Source: Cyanophora paradoxa CCMP329 (taxonomy: Eukaryota > Plantae > Glaucophyta). From it: 25,548 bases of DNA. Below are positions 10,609 to 21,537 of this stretch, piece by piece. How positions within the stretch are numbered: position 1 is the first letter of the stretch; each line of letters starts with the position of its first letter. The position numbers and the translations under genes were made by a program. The notes beneath the pieces were generated by a model that worked only from the letters and a program-made list of their open reading frames with translations, was not told the origin of the DNA and ran no database searches. The stretch spans positions 1-25,548 of the forward strand of contig QPMI01000376.1 of assembly GCA_004431415.1 (NCBI GenBank). Direction: 5' to 3'.

Positions 10609-11745
10609 GGGCGGGGCTGCGAACCGCCCCGACCCTTAGGGTCAGAAGAAGACCCACGGCGCTCAACGGAGCGACCGCGATCGCCACCACCAGAGTAATG
10701 TCCAGAATCATGAGAATCGCGCTGGGTATAGTGCCCACGACCGCGACCTCCATATCCTCCACGTCCAAAGTTATAATTGCCACGCCAAGAGTCACCCTGG
10801 GGGCGAGAACTGACTTGGCGCCCAATCTGATCCAACTTTTCAAGAACTGCATTATTTGTGCGCTTAATTTCAGAGCGCAAATCATCAATCTTCTCATCTA
10901 CTTTCAATCCAAAACTCTTCAATTTCTCATCCATCAAATACTCTTCTTCAGACTTGGTCATGAGGGAAGAGGAAGAACCAGAGCCACGCTCTGTAGTAAG
11001 AGATGTGAAACCCAGGTCTCCCTTGGAGTGAGAGCCCGCTGCAGAATCCTGCAATTTCTTCTCCCACAACTGTTTGAGTCTGAAATATAATTTTTGCTTA
11101 TTATTGATTTCCACAGGCAAATCTCCAGGCAAATTCAATTCATTCCAAATATCCTTCATAACTACATCCTCAGTCAAATCTCGCCAAAAACGCGCCAAAA
11201 TTGAGGCAAGCAAACTGATAAGTGAAGTTCCAATACAACTTATTCGTCTGGCTTCGCACGGCATTGTGCAAGAAATGAGCAGTGAACCTTGCAACAAAAT
11301 CCGGCCAGTCAGCAGACTGCAGGACCTCTGGGCAGAAATCCTGAGCTGGACCAGTCGAAAAACAATTAGAGATTTTCATGCGAAGCTGAGTCCAAATATA
11401 ATCATGATTGGTCTGAGTCTGGGCGACCCATGTGTTGACGGCCAACTCATCATTTGCATTGGGAATGATGTCCACCGAAATCAAAAGTCTACGAAGCTGA
11501 GACAGAAAACGATTCGGTGCATTCGAATCAAAAATAACTAAATTGCTGGTCTTAATGAACGCTTTGAGAACGTCCTGATGGGGCTGAGGTGCACCCATTT
11601 CTTCAGAATCAATCTCGACAGAGATCCGGTCTTCCTCGTCTAAGTCGGCCAGTGCTTCGAGCACAACCCGACGAAGCAATTCCGGAAGGAACGAGTCTAT
11701 TACGACATCACATACGGCAGAATCACGACGGGTGAAACGATCCAC
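10596..11745 (-). CDS. gag: Gag-like protein split over two frames (11745-11170, then the +1 frame to 10596); coiled-coil and RG/RGG-rich C-terminus, no CCHC knuckle seen
   Basis: Lies between PBS and pol, is conserved with synonymous changes in copies 2 and 3, and ends in a GRGGYGGRGRG tail. The assignment is positional; no capsid motif was recognised. Confidence 0.75.
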
Positions 11746-11893
11746 TTTTTTTTTTTCACTGCGTTACACGCAATGCACGTACGCAGCAACAGGAACACAA
11801 GAAGGACACCGATACATCGGCATTCCGCCGGAAAACGCCAGAAAAATAAAGAAATTCCGGAATCCACAAAGATCCACAGAACGCGTGTTAAAA

Positions 11894-11911
11894 TCCGCGG
11901 TATTGGCCCCA
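11894..11911 (-). promoter_or_regulatory. Putative primer-binding site TGGGGCCAATACCGCGGA
   Basis: Starts with TGG 3 nt after the LTR-terminal CA. The equivalent TGGGGCCCATACGG follows the LTR in copies 2 and 3. The cognate tRNA is not established. Confidence 0.6.
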
Positions 11912-11914
11912 AAA

Positions 11915-12060
11915 TGTCCCGTAGTACACTATGGGTTCACACGCTGATGTACCAGGACAAGTTCCTGGACACCACACTGTATTTCCACCCAACACACCAA
12001 CTGAGGGGCAAGCCCCTACACATCAGGCTAATCTCGGGTACATCAGGGGGTACTATGACA
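11915..12060 (-). repeat. Putative short (about 146 bp) 5' LTR
   Basis: On the minus strand it reads TGTCATAGTAC...GTACTACGGGACA (TG...CA with an imperfect terminal inverted repeat). 11915-12016 is almost identical in copies 2 and 3 while the adjacent leader diverges. There is no second full LTR to confirm the outer boundary. Confidence 0.6.
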
Positions 12061-12092
12061 CACTTACTTAGGCGAACTACGCTTCAGCTCAG

Positions 12093-12361
12093 GCATATTC
12101 CCACAGAGAGATTTGGGGTGCATGTTTCTTCTTTTTTCTGGCAGATTGGAAACCTGGGGCATTTGACTGAGTGACTTGCGGGTGGGTGGGTCATCTGCCT
12201 AAGGCTAGAACCTTGTGCATATTCCCACAGAGAGATTTGGGGTCCACGAGATCGTTGAACAGCTCCAGTCTAACGGTGAGGCACCAGGTCTCCCATCCGC
12301 TACAAAAAAGAAGAAAGATGCACCTTAAATCTCTCTGGGGGAATATGCACAAGGCGCTAGG
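12093..12361. repeat. Satellite remnants in opposite orientations (forward 12093-12243, reverse about 12284-12361) around a 40-bp unrelated spacer
   Basis: Direct match to the 124-bp consensus and its reverse complement. Confidence 0.85.
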
Positions 12362-12608
12362 CACACAAAAACTTTTCAGGGGGAACATTCACAAAATCTC
12401 CGAGTCTTTCGCTACCCAATTTTTTAAGCGCTCTTGGGATACGCATCTGTAGGTGGGGGAGTGTATTCATTTCAAGTGTCTAGTTTGGGTTTTGGCTCCC
12501 GCTCACACGGGTCCCCAGCTGCACAAACAAACGGACAGGGAGTCCACTCACTGCACCCCAAATCTAGCCGAGGGGCGCTGCCCACTGATAGGTTCGGGTG
12601 CGCAGAGC

Positions 12609-13514
12609 ATGGATTTGTCGGCCAAAAAAGTTGCTGTTTGCATTTTTCTGATTCTTGTAATTGATTTCTTCACGATCACTTCCTTTTTCTGTAGCCCCAA
12701 TTCGGTTCAATATGTTGAACCGATCCCGGTGAAGCTGCGCGATTTGCCTGACAAAATTACAGACATGGAGCCACTCGTTTCTTTTACGGGCCCCCGCAAG
12801 TCTACAGTTGAACAGAAGTGTTTGCTCGCAGTTCCGATCGGAAGAAAGCAGGTGCACGTAGTCGATAAAATGGTTAACAGATTTTTGCAAAGCGCATGTT
12901 CTGTTCTTCTTTTTCAATACGACAACTCATCTGGATGGCATGATTACTCTTGGTATTCTCGTGTCTGGCACGTCAGAGGACCTGCACAGATGAAGTGGTG
13001 GTATATGAAACGGTTTTTGACTCCGGAAGCTGTTGGACGATTTACGTACATTTTCCCTTGGGACGATGATCAGGATATTCACGATTTTAATGTCTCCGCT
13101 TTCCTAGAAATTCTGGTTTCACACAACGTTTCTATCGCACAACCTAGTTTTACAGCAGGGAGTGGAGATCATCCTGTTACTTTTCAACAAAGTGAACATG
13201 GAAAGGATGGAAGGTGGACGGATTTCGTAGAGTGCGGGACATCACCAGTGTTCTCGGGCGATGTTTGGAGTCGTTGCATATGGCCTTTTCTCCAGGACGA
13301 TTTGACATCAGGATGGGGCTATGACCTTCTTTGGCACAATATGTGTGGATATGGCACAACAGCTGTCATAGACAAGTTCAGGGTCACTCATCTTCGAAAC
13401 AGGCATGCATCTTCTAATCCCTCATACAATGCTGGCTTGGAATTGGAAACCCTTTTCAAACGCTTTCCAACAGTTAAAAGAAGTCAAAAAATCACATTGG
13501 GATTTCTTGACTAG
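12609..13514 (+). CDS. DUF707-like type II membrane protein, putative GT-A glycosyltransferase (301 aa, intronless)
   Basis: ATG at 12609 is followed by a hydrophobic anchor (VAVCIFLILVIDFFTITSFF). The motifs LLAVPIG, LFQYD, KWWYMKRFLTP, YIFPWDDD (DxD), IAQP, FVE..PVFS..W.C.W...QDDL..GWGYD match my recollection of plant/algal DUF707 proteins. Confidence 0.82.
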   Translation: MDLSAKKVAVCIFLILVIDFFTITSFFCSPNSVQYVEPIPVKLRDLPDKITDMEPLVSFTGPRKSTVEQKCLLAVPIGRKQVHVVDKMVNRFLQSACSVLLFQYDNSSGWHDYSWYSRVWHVRGPAQMKWWYMKRFLTPEAVGRFTYIFPWDDDQDIHDFNVSAFLEILVSHNVSIAQPSFTAGSGDHPVTFQQSEHGKDGRWTDFVECGTSPVFSGDVWSRCIWPFLQDDLTSGWGYDLLWHNMCGYGTTAVIDKFRVTHLRNRHASSNPSYNAGLELETLFKRFPTVKRSQKITLGFLD

Positions 13515-13632
13515 GTCTTCTTTTGAGTGTGTGTATTCCGAAGAACACAAGGTTTCTTGCGCTCCTGAACACAGCGGGCAGGGAGCGCTGGGAGCCCAAG
13601 AGTGCTTTCGAGAATCCCAGCCCACAACAGGA

Positions 13633-14036
13633 GTCAGGTGCACACTAAAACTCTCCAGGAGGGAAGTGCACAAGGCGCTAGCCTTAGGCAGGTGCACCCT
13701 GCCCAGCAGAGGCCCTGTAAGAGGATCAGCCATTCCGAATGGGATGAATGTTAAGGGATTCGAACATTTCCTGGGTTCACTCCCTCTCCATCCTGCCCAC
13801 AGCAGGAAGTCAGGTGCACACAAAAAAGCCCTAGCCTTAGGCAGGGCCCAACGGGAATTCAAACTGACCAGGGCTAAGAAGTTGTGAACCCAGGAAACAT
13901 TCAAGTCCCCAAACACTCGGTGGGGGTCCCACTTGGAAGGGCAGAGCCTCTTAGAGGGCCTCTGCTGGGCAAGGTGCACCTGCCTAAGGCTAGCGACTTG
14001 TGCATGTTATCCCTGGAAAGTGTTTGTGTGCCTGAA
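13633..14036. repeat. About 90-bp imperfect inverted repeats (13633-13722 and 13947-14036) built on the satellite core; MITE-like or fold-back structure
   Basis: gtgcacaaggcgctagccttaggcaggtgcaccctgcccagcagaggccctgtaagagg pairs with cctcttagagggcctctgctgggcaaggtgcacctgcctaaggctagcgacttgtgca. A third partial copy lies at about 13808-13845. Confidence 0.8.
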
Positions 14037-16607
14037 CTTTGCTGTCACACGGCTTGATTCCTTCTCAGCAAACAACAAATCCAAGGCACTCAGCTTCAGC
14101 CTTGAAGAAACGACACTTGCGTGCTTTCAACCGCAGGTGAGCAGCAATCAGCTGATCAAAAACCCATTCAAGATATTCGAAATGCTCCTTCAGACTCCTG
14201 GAAACGACACTTATATCATCAAGATAGACAAGAATAAAGATGTAAAGGTACGCTCCTAACACTCCATTCATCAACATCTGAAATGTCGCAGGGGCCGTTT
14301 TGAGGCCCTGCGGCATGACATTCCACTCATACAAACCAAATGGTGTCCTAAAAGCTGTCTTCGGCCGATCCTTATCACTCAACTTGACATTCCAATATCC
14401 ATCATCACAATCTGCAACAGAAATATATATGGATCCAGAAAGAGCTTCAAGAGCATCATCAATTCTTGGTAAGGGATATGCATCATCCTTGCTAACACTG
14501 TTGAGCCTTCTGTAATCAATGCAGAAACGAAATGAGCCATCCTTCTTCCGCACAAGGACCACTGGAGCGGCCCAAGGGCTTCTAGAAGGACAAATTAAAT
14601 TCCTGTCGATCAGCTTTTGAGTCTCGTGAACGATCTTTTGGCGCTGGTCAAAAGAAAGAGGTCTGGGAGGCTCAGCAATCGGCTTTGCATCTCCAGTGTC
14701 AATGCTATGCTCAATAGGAGGACCAGGTCTGGACTCATCATGTTTCCATTGACCCTCCGCAAATACTTCATGCTTCCTCGCCAAGAAATCCCACATAAGC
14801 TTCCTCTCATCAAGATTATCATCAGCTGAACCAACACTGCATGGAGAGATGAGGCTTGCAACATTATCACCAAATCGCTCCCGAATCTCCTTCAGAATCA
14901 GTTCATCAGCCGAAGATACTTTTACAGAACTTGCTTGCGAAAATACAGAACTCTTTTTATCACTATCTACGGAAGTCGAGTTATTTACAACAGAATTCGA
15001 AACTTGTTGAGTTGAATCATCAAAAGAAGACTGGAGAACAGCTTGGGACGCAGTGACATCTACTGAATCAGGACCTTTGTACTCAGAACTGTGCACAAAA
15101 CTTCCTTTCCCAGATGAGTCATAACTCAGCACCAGGTTGACATCACAGATTTCCGGCATGTTGCGGACAACTGATGTTTTACTCTTGCTTGGAACAAACC
15201 TGGCTAGCCGGGTACCTTCAGGTATTACTGCCGGTCCCCTGTCAGACCTTGGATCAAGATTGACAAGCAATACCTTAATACGTCCTCCACGACAATGAGC
15301 TGGGCCACCTGCCACATGGACAAACTCATTTTCGTTCCATTCTCTAAAGTCATCAATAAAGCCTTCGCGATCCTGCACATAGCAGCAGCTGGGTGCTCTC
15401 ATCTAAACAAATCTCTGAGTTCCAGGATCAAGCTTGACCTTCTCAGCAGTCTCCATAATCACACCATATTCTTCAGAACACTCATCAGAATTGAGAGATG
15501 ATTCATCAGGGCGTGGTTGAGGAGAATCTGGCAAGGATCCATGCTGCTGATCTGATCCAAAAGTAATAGAAGCAATCTTGCACTCTACTGGCTGATCTGG
15601 GAACGTCGAGAATGTGATGGAGCGCCTGTTCACCTGTTCATTTTTATATGTCACTCCAAATTCAGACAAGAAATCTTGTCCAAGAATTATGGCATATGGA
15701 TAATTGAGAAAAGGGAAAGGGAAAGGAAAACAAGGAAAGGGAAAGATACTGTCAAAGGACCGATTGACCCTCTAATCAGAATCTCGCCAGGTACATTAAC
15801 AAGATGTGAATTAGGCAGGCGAACACAAGGCGTGAATGAGGTCTTAATTACCTGATTTTGCAGTTTCGAACTCTGCACTAGTGTACTCGTGACCAGTGAA
15901 ATATCAGCCCCACTGTCCAGCAAGAACAACTTGATGCCCTTGCTGACAACTTCGACCAACGATCTCCCAGGTGGAGTGACAGCAAACTGTCTCCGTGCTG
16001 GAGAGTTCTCTCTAGGAGACTGGGAGTTGTCAGAGGGACTTTTTGAGGTCATGAAGCGACGCGGCCCTGCGAATGTATGCTCAGCAGGAGAGCTCTGGGA
16101 GTCCAGAGAACAAATTTCAATTGAGGCTCGGCCATTATCATCAAAAGACAACTTCAGGGAAACCGGCTTCGAATTGTTTGCAGATGATATAAAATGCTTT
16201 TTAGCAGGGGCATCTCGCTTCCATTGCAGATCATCAGAAAAGAAATTCGAAAACGACTTCTGTTCCAATTTTCCACGATTTCCACTAACTACGACTACTC
16301 TACTAGCACTTCTCTGGGATCATGGATAATGGATAATAGCACTACTAAGCAACCTCATAGATAATGGGATCATTCTCTTGAAGGGTAACATCGGGACCAG
16401 AAGAAAGATAAGAAATAGAAGAAGATTAGAAGCATCCAAGAAAGGGAAAGGGAAAGCGCGAGCGACCGACAACGACTGCCGCTTCAAGAACTCGTTGAGA
16501 GTAATGATAGGCAACAACGATCGCAGTCCATTCGCTGCGCCGGAAATGGCTGGTTTCTAGGCCGCCCCAGCCTGGCGGGCAACAACAGGCTGGGTTAGGC
16601 TTTTCCC
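14030..16607 (-). pseudogene. pol: pol pseudogene (PR and RT) of a second, diverged family
   Basis: FLLDSGAD, SPWAAPVVLVRKKDG and YLDD are present. In-frame stops at 16558-16560, 15403 and 14065, with further disruptions near 15690-15740 and 16270-16440. Homology (EGIKPCDSKV) continues to about 14030. Confidence 0.9.
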
Positions 16608-18466
16608 GCCGGGCGGGGCTGCGAACCGCCCCGACCCTTAGGGTCAGCCGACGACCCACGGCGCTCAGCAGAGCGACCGCGATAACCACAAGAAGAATTT
16701 CCAAAATTGCGAGAATCATTTCCAGAATTACCAAATTTGTCATTCGAACGATTGCGATCAAAATTATAAGATCCACGAGGCTGGTCACGCCAGCTATCAC
16801 CGCGAGGGCGATACTGCAACTGACGAGACAACTGCTCCATGCGATCCAAAATAATAGACGAAGTGCGACGAGAATCATCGCGCAACTCATCAAACTGTTG
16901 GCGAGCTTCGTGCCGAATTTCGCTCAATTGGCGGCGAGTTTCGTCACGAAGTGAATCAAGCTTATCATCCACCTTCAAAGAGAACTGTTTGAGCTTCGAT
17001 TCGACCCGCTCATCAATCAAAGATTCAATAAGCTCCGAAGTGAGAGCGTTCAATCCAGAAACATTTTTCGGTGATTCAAAAGGAAGAGAAGTAATTCCAA
17101 AAGGAGAAACCGAAGAAAAAGAGGAAGTGCGATCGGTCCAGAGACTGCGCAGCCGACGCAAAAAGCGAAGTTTGTTGTCGTCCAATTCAGCCAGCAGCTC
17201 ACCCAACTTCAGGTCATCACTCCAAATTTGTTTCACCACAACTTTCTCAAGAATGCCAGCTTCCTCCGCTCGCTTCATCTTCTCCACAGCAAAGTCCTCA
17301 AAATTGACTTCAGTGCCAGCCTGGAGACAAGCACTCTGGTATGTGTAGGACCAGAAATTGCGAGCAGAAGAAGACCCGCGGCGCTCAACGGAGCGACCGC
17401 GATCACCACCACCAGAATAATGTCCAGAATCATGAGAATCGCGCTGGGTATAGTGCCCACAACCGCGACCTCCATATCCTGCACGTCCAAAATTATAATT
17501 GCCACGCCAAGAGTCACCCTGGGGGCGAGAACTGACTTGGCGCCCAATCTGATCCAACTTTTCAAGAACTGCATTATTTGTGCGCTTAATTTCAGAGCGC
17601 AAATCATCAATCTTCTCATCTACTTTCAATCCAAAACTCTTCAATTTCTCATCCATCAAATACTCTTCTTCAGACTTGGTCATGAGGGAAGAGGAAGAAC
17701 CAGAGCCACGCTCTGTAGTAAGAGATGTGAAACCCAGGTCTCCCTTGGAGTGAGAGCCCGCTGCAGAATCCTGCAATTTCTTCTCCCACAACTGTTTGAG
17801 TCTGAAATATAATTTTTGCTTATTATTGATTTCCACAGGCAAATCTCCAGGCAAATTCAATTCATTCCAAATATCCTTCATAACTACATCCTCAGTCAAA
17901 TCTCGCCAAAAACGCGCCAAAATTGAGGCAAGCAAACTGATAGGTGTAGTTCCAATACAACTTATTTGTCTGGCTTCGCACTGCATTGTGCAAGAAATGG
18001 GCAGAAAATCTTGCAACAAAATCCGGCCAGTCAGCAGACTGCAGGACCTCTGGGCAGAAATCCTGAGCTGGACCAGTCGAAAAACAATTAGAGATTTTCA
18101 TGCGACGCTGAGTCCAAATATAATCATGATTGGCCTGAGTATGGGCGACCCAAGTGTTAACGGCCAACTGATCATTAGCATTGGGAATGATGTCCACAGA
18201 AATCAAAAGTCTACGAAGTTGGGAAAGGAAACGATTTGGTTCATTTCAATCAAAATGACTAAATTGCTGGTCTTAATGAACGCCTTAAGGACGTCCTGGT
18301 TAGGCGGTGGAGCACCCGTTTCTTCAAAATCAAGTTCTACTAATGCAAGGTCTTCGTCGTCGGGGTCGGCCAGTGCTTCGAGCACAATCCGACGAAGCAA
18401 GTCCGGAAGGATAGAGTCAATTACGGTATCATAAAGGGCAAAATCCCGACGGGTGTAACGATCCAC
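16595..18466 (-). pseudogene. gag: Chimeric gag with duplicated C-terminal half, disrupted near 18250
   Basis: 18466-17365 is homologous to copy-1 gag. 17364-16595 is a diverged paralog of the same C-half (WSYTYQSACL vs WNYTYQFACL; RPRGDSWR vs RPQGDSWR). Confidence 0.8.
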
Positions 18467-18562
18467 TTTTTCACTGTGCTACACGCGACGCAGACACGCA
18501 ACCACAGAGACACAGTCAGAACACCAGGAAAAAAACACCAGAAAAAAATGATTTTCCAAAAA

Positions 18563-18684
18563 TCCACCGTATGGGCCCCAAATGTCCCGTAGTACACTAT
18601 GGGTTCACACGCTGATGAACCAGGACAAGTTCCTGGACACCACACTGTATTTACACCCAACACACCAACTGAGGGGCAAGCCCC
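18563..18684 (-). repeat. PBS and 5'-truncated LTR of copy 2
   Basis: 18583-18684 is near-identical to 11915-12016, and the similarity ends at AAGCCCC where telomeric repeats begin. Confidence 0.7.
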
Positions 18685-18838
18685 CCTAGCCCAAACCCTA
18701 ACCCTAACCCTAACCCAAACCCTAACTCTAATCCTAACCCTGAGTCTAAGCCTAATAATAACCCTAAGCCTTACCCTAACCCTAACCCTAACCCTAACCC
18801 TAACCCTAACTCTGAGCCTCATACTAACCCTAACCTAA
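18684..18838 (-). repeat. Interstitial telomeric tract, (CCCTAA)n on the plus strand = (TTAGGG)n on the minus strand, about 26 units, partly degenerate
   Basis: Runs of ccctaa with variants such as cccaaa, ctctaa, ccctga and gcctaa. Confidence 0.95.
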
Positions 18839-19070
18839 TATGCACAAGGCGCTAGCCTTAGGCAGACAAACCCACCCACCAGCAAGTCAATCAGTCAAAG
18901 GCCCCAGGTTTCTGATCTTCCACAAAAAAGACAGATGCATCCCAAATCTCTCTAGGGGAATTGGCACAAGGCGCTAGCCTTAGGCAGATGCCCCATCCAC
19001 CAGCAAGTCACTCATTTGAAGGCTGGAAGTTTGGGATCTGCCACAAAAAAGACAGATGCATCCCAAATCT
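18837..19070 (-). repeat. About 2 satellite monomers in reverse orientation
   Basis: Reverse complement of the 124-bp consensus; matches about 21688-21920. Confidence 0.9.
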
Positions 19071-21537
19071 TCCATTGCAGATCATCAGAAAAGAAATTCG
19101 AAAACGACTTCTGTTCCAATTTTCCACGATTTCCACTAACTACGACTACTCTACTAGCACTTCTCTGGGATCATGGATAATGGATAATAGCACTACTAAG
19201 CAACCTCATAGATAATGGGATCATTCTCTTGAAGGGTAACATCGGGACCAGAAGAAAGATAAGAAATAGAAGAAGATTGAGAAGCATCCAAGAAAGGGAA
19301 AGGGAAAGCGCGAGCGACCGACAACGACTGCCGCTTCAAGAACTCGTTGAGAGTAATGATAGGCAACAACGATCGCAGTCCATTCGCTGCGCCGGAAATG
19401 GCTGGTTTCTAGGCCGCCCCAGCCTGGCGGGCAACAACAGGCTGGGTTAGGCTTTTCCCGCCGGGCGGGGCTGCGAACCGCCCCGACCCTTAGGGTCAGC
19501 CGACGACCCACGGCGCTCAGCAGAGCGACCGCGATAACCACCAGAAGAATTTCCAAAATTGCGAGAATCATTTCCAGAATTACCAAATTTGTCATTCGAA
19601 CGATTGCGATCAAAATTTTAAGATCCACGAGACTGGTCACGCCAGCTATCACCGCGAGGGCGATACTGCAACTGGCGAGACAATTGATCCATGCGATCCA
19701 AAATAATAGAAGAAGTGCGACGAGAGTCATCGCGCAACTCATCAAATTGCTGGCGAGCTTCGTGCCGAATCTCGCTCAATTGGCGGCGAGTTTCGTCACG
19801 AAGTGAATCAAGCTTATCATCCACCTTCAAAGAGAACTGTTTGAGCTTCGATTCGACCCGCTCATCAATCAAAGATTCAATAAGCTCCGAAGTGAGAGCG
19901 TTCAATCCAGAAACATTTTTCGGTGATTCAAAAGGAAGAGAAGTAATTCCAAAAGGAGAAACCGAAGAAAAAGAGGAAGTGCGATCGGTCCAGAGACTGC
20001 GCAGCCGACGCAAAAAGCGAAGTTTGTTGTCGTCCAATTCAGCCAGCAGCTCACCCAACTTCAGGTCATCACTCCAAATTTGTTTCACCACAACTTTCTC
20101 AAGAATGCCAGCTTCCTCCGCTCGCTTCATCTTCTCCACAGCAAAGTCCTCAAAATTGACTTCAGTGCCAGCCTGGAGACAAGCACTCTGGTATGTGTAG
20201 GACCAGAAATTGCGAGCAGAAGAAGACCCGCGGCGCTCAACGGAGCGACCGCGATCACCACCACCAGAATAATGTCCAGAATCATGAGAATCGCGCTGGT
20301 ATAGTGCCCACAACCGCGACCTCCATATCCTGCACGTCCAAAATTATAATTGCCACGCCAAGAGTCACCCTGGGGCGAGAACTGACTTGGCGCCCAATCT
20401 GATCCAACTTTTCAAGAACTGCATTATTTGTGCGCTTAATTTCAGAGCGCAAATCATCAATCTTCTCATCTACTTTCAATCCAAAACTCTTCAATTTCTC
20501 ATCCATCAAATACTCTTCTTCAGACTTGGTCATGAGGGAAGAGGAAGAACCAGAGCCACGCTCTGTAGTAAGAGATGTGAAACCCAGGTCTCCCTTGGAG
20601 TGAGAGCCCGCTGCAGAATCCTGCAATTTCTTCTCCCACAACTGTTTGAGTCTGAAATATAATTTTTGCTTATTATTGATTTCCACAGGCAAATCTCCAG
20701 GCAAATTCAATTCATTCCAAATATCCTTCATAACTACATCCTCAGTCAAATCTCGCCAAAAACGCGCCAAAATTGAGGCAAGCAAACTGATAGGTGTAGT
20801 TCCAGTACAACTTATTTGTCTGGCTTCGCACTGCATTGTGCAAGAAATGGGCAGAAAATCTTGCAACAAAATCCGGCCAGTCAGCAGACTGCAGGACCTC
20901 TGGGCAGAAATCCTGAGCTGGACCAGTCGAAAAACAATTAGAGATTTTCATGCGACGCTGAGTCCAAATATAATCATGATTGGCCTGAGTATGGGCGACC
21001 CAAGTGTTAACGGCCAACTGATCATTAGCATTGGGAATGATGTCCACAGAAATCAAAAGTCTACGAAGTTGGGAAAGGAAACGATTTGGTTCATTTCAAT
21101 CAAAAATGACTAAATTGCTGGTCTTAATGAACGCCTTAAGGACGTCCTGGTTAGGCGGTGGAGCACCCGTTTCTTCAAAATCAAGTTCTACTAATGCAAG
21201 GTCTTCGTCGTCGGGGTCGGCCAGTGCTTCGAGCACAATCCGACGAAGCAAGTCCGGAAGGATAGAGTCAATTACGGTATCATAAAGGGCAAAATCCCGA
21301 CGGGTGTAACGATCCACTTTTTCACTGTGCTACACGCGACGCAGACACGCAACCACAGAGACACAGCCAGAACACCAGGAAAAAAACACCAGAAAAAAAT
21401 GATTTTCCAAAAATCCACCGTATGGGCCCCAAATGTCCCGTAGTACACTATGGGTTCACACGCTGATGAACCAGGACAAGTTCCTGGACACCACACTGTA
21501 GTTACACCCAACACACCAACTGAGGGGCAAGCCCCCC
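19071..21537 (-). mobile_element. Gypsy-type copy 3 (partial LTR 21434-21535, PBS, chimeric gag pseudogene, 5' end of pol); duplicate of 16220-18686
   Basis: Near-identical to copy 2 at an offset of about 2851 bp, sharing the gag nonsense codon (21096) and the pol TAG. Confidence 0.92.

Larger units (their letters stand above)
7263..12060 (-). mobile_element. Ty3/gypsy-type LTR retrotransposon copy 1 (LTR-PBS-gag-PR-RT-RNase H), 3'-truncated, no integrase or 3' LTR
   Basis: PR-RT-RH domain order, gypsy RT motifs SPWAAPVVLVRKKDG, RFCIDYRKLN and YLDD, with candidate LTR and PBS upstream of gag. Confidence 0.93.
14030..18686 (-). mobile_element. Gypsy-type copy 2: chimeric, decayed, truncated within RT, with its LTR cut and fused to telomeric repeats
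   Basis: Partial LTR 18583-18684, PBS 18563-18580, gag 18466-16595, and pol with DSG and YLDD motifs. Confidence 0.9.

Noticed and set aside
18605-18660. Hammerhead ribozyme in the LTR (CTGATGA followed by a CCAGGA/TCCTGG stem)
   Set aside because: No GAAA follows stem II, copy 1 has CTGATGT, and it lies on the antisense strand. The satellite's CAGATGAGAAAC also lacks the U4 and stem II.
18421-18838. RV-repeat and LT-repeat ORFs (also 21272-21689)
   Set aside because: They are translations of the telomeric hexamer.
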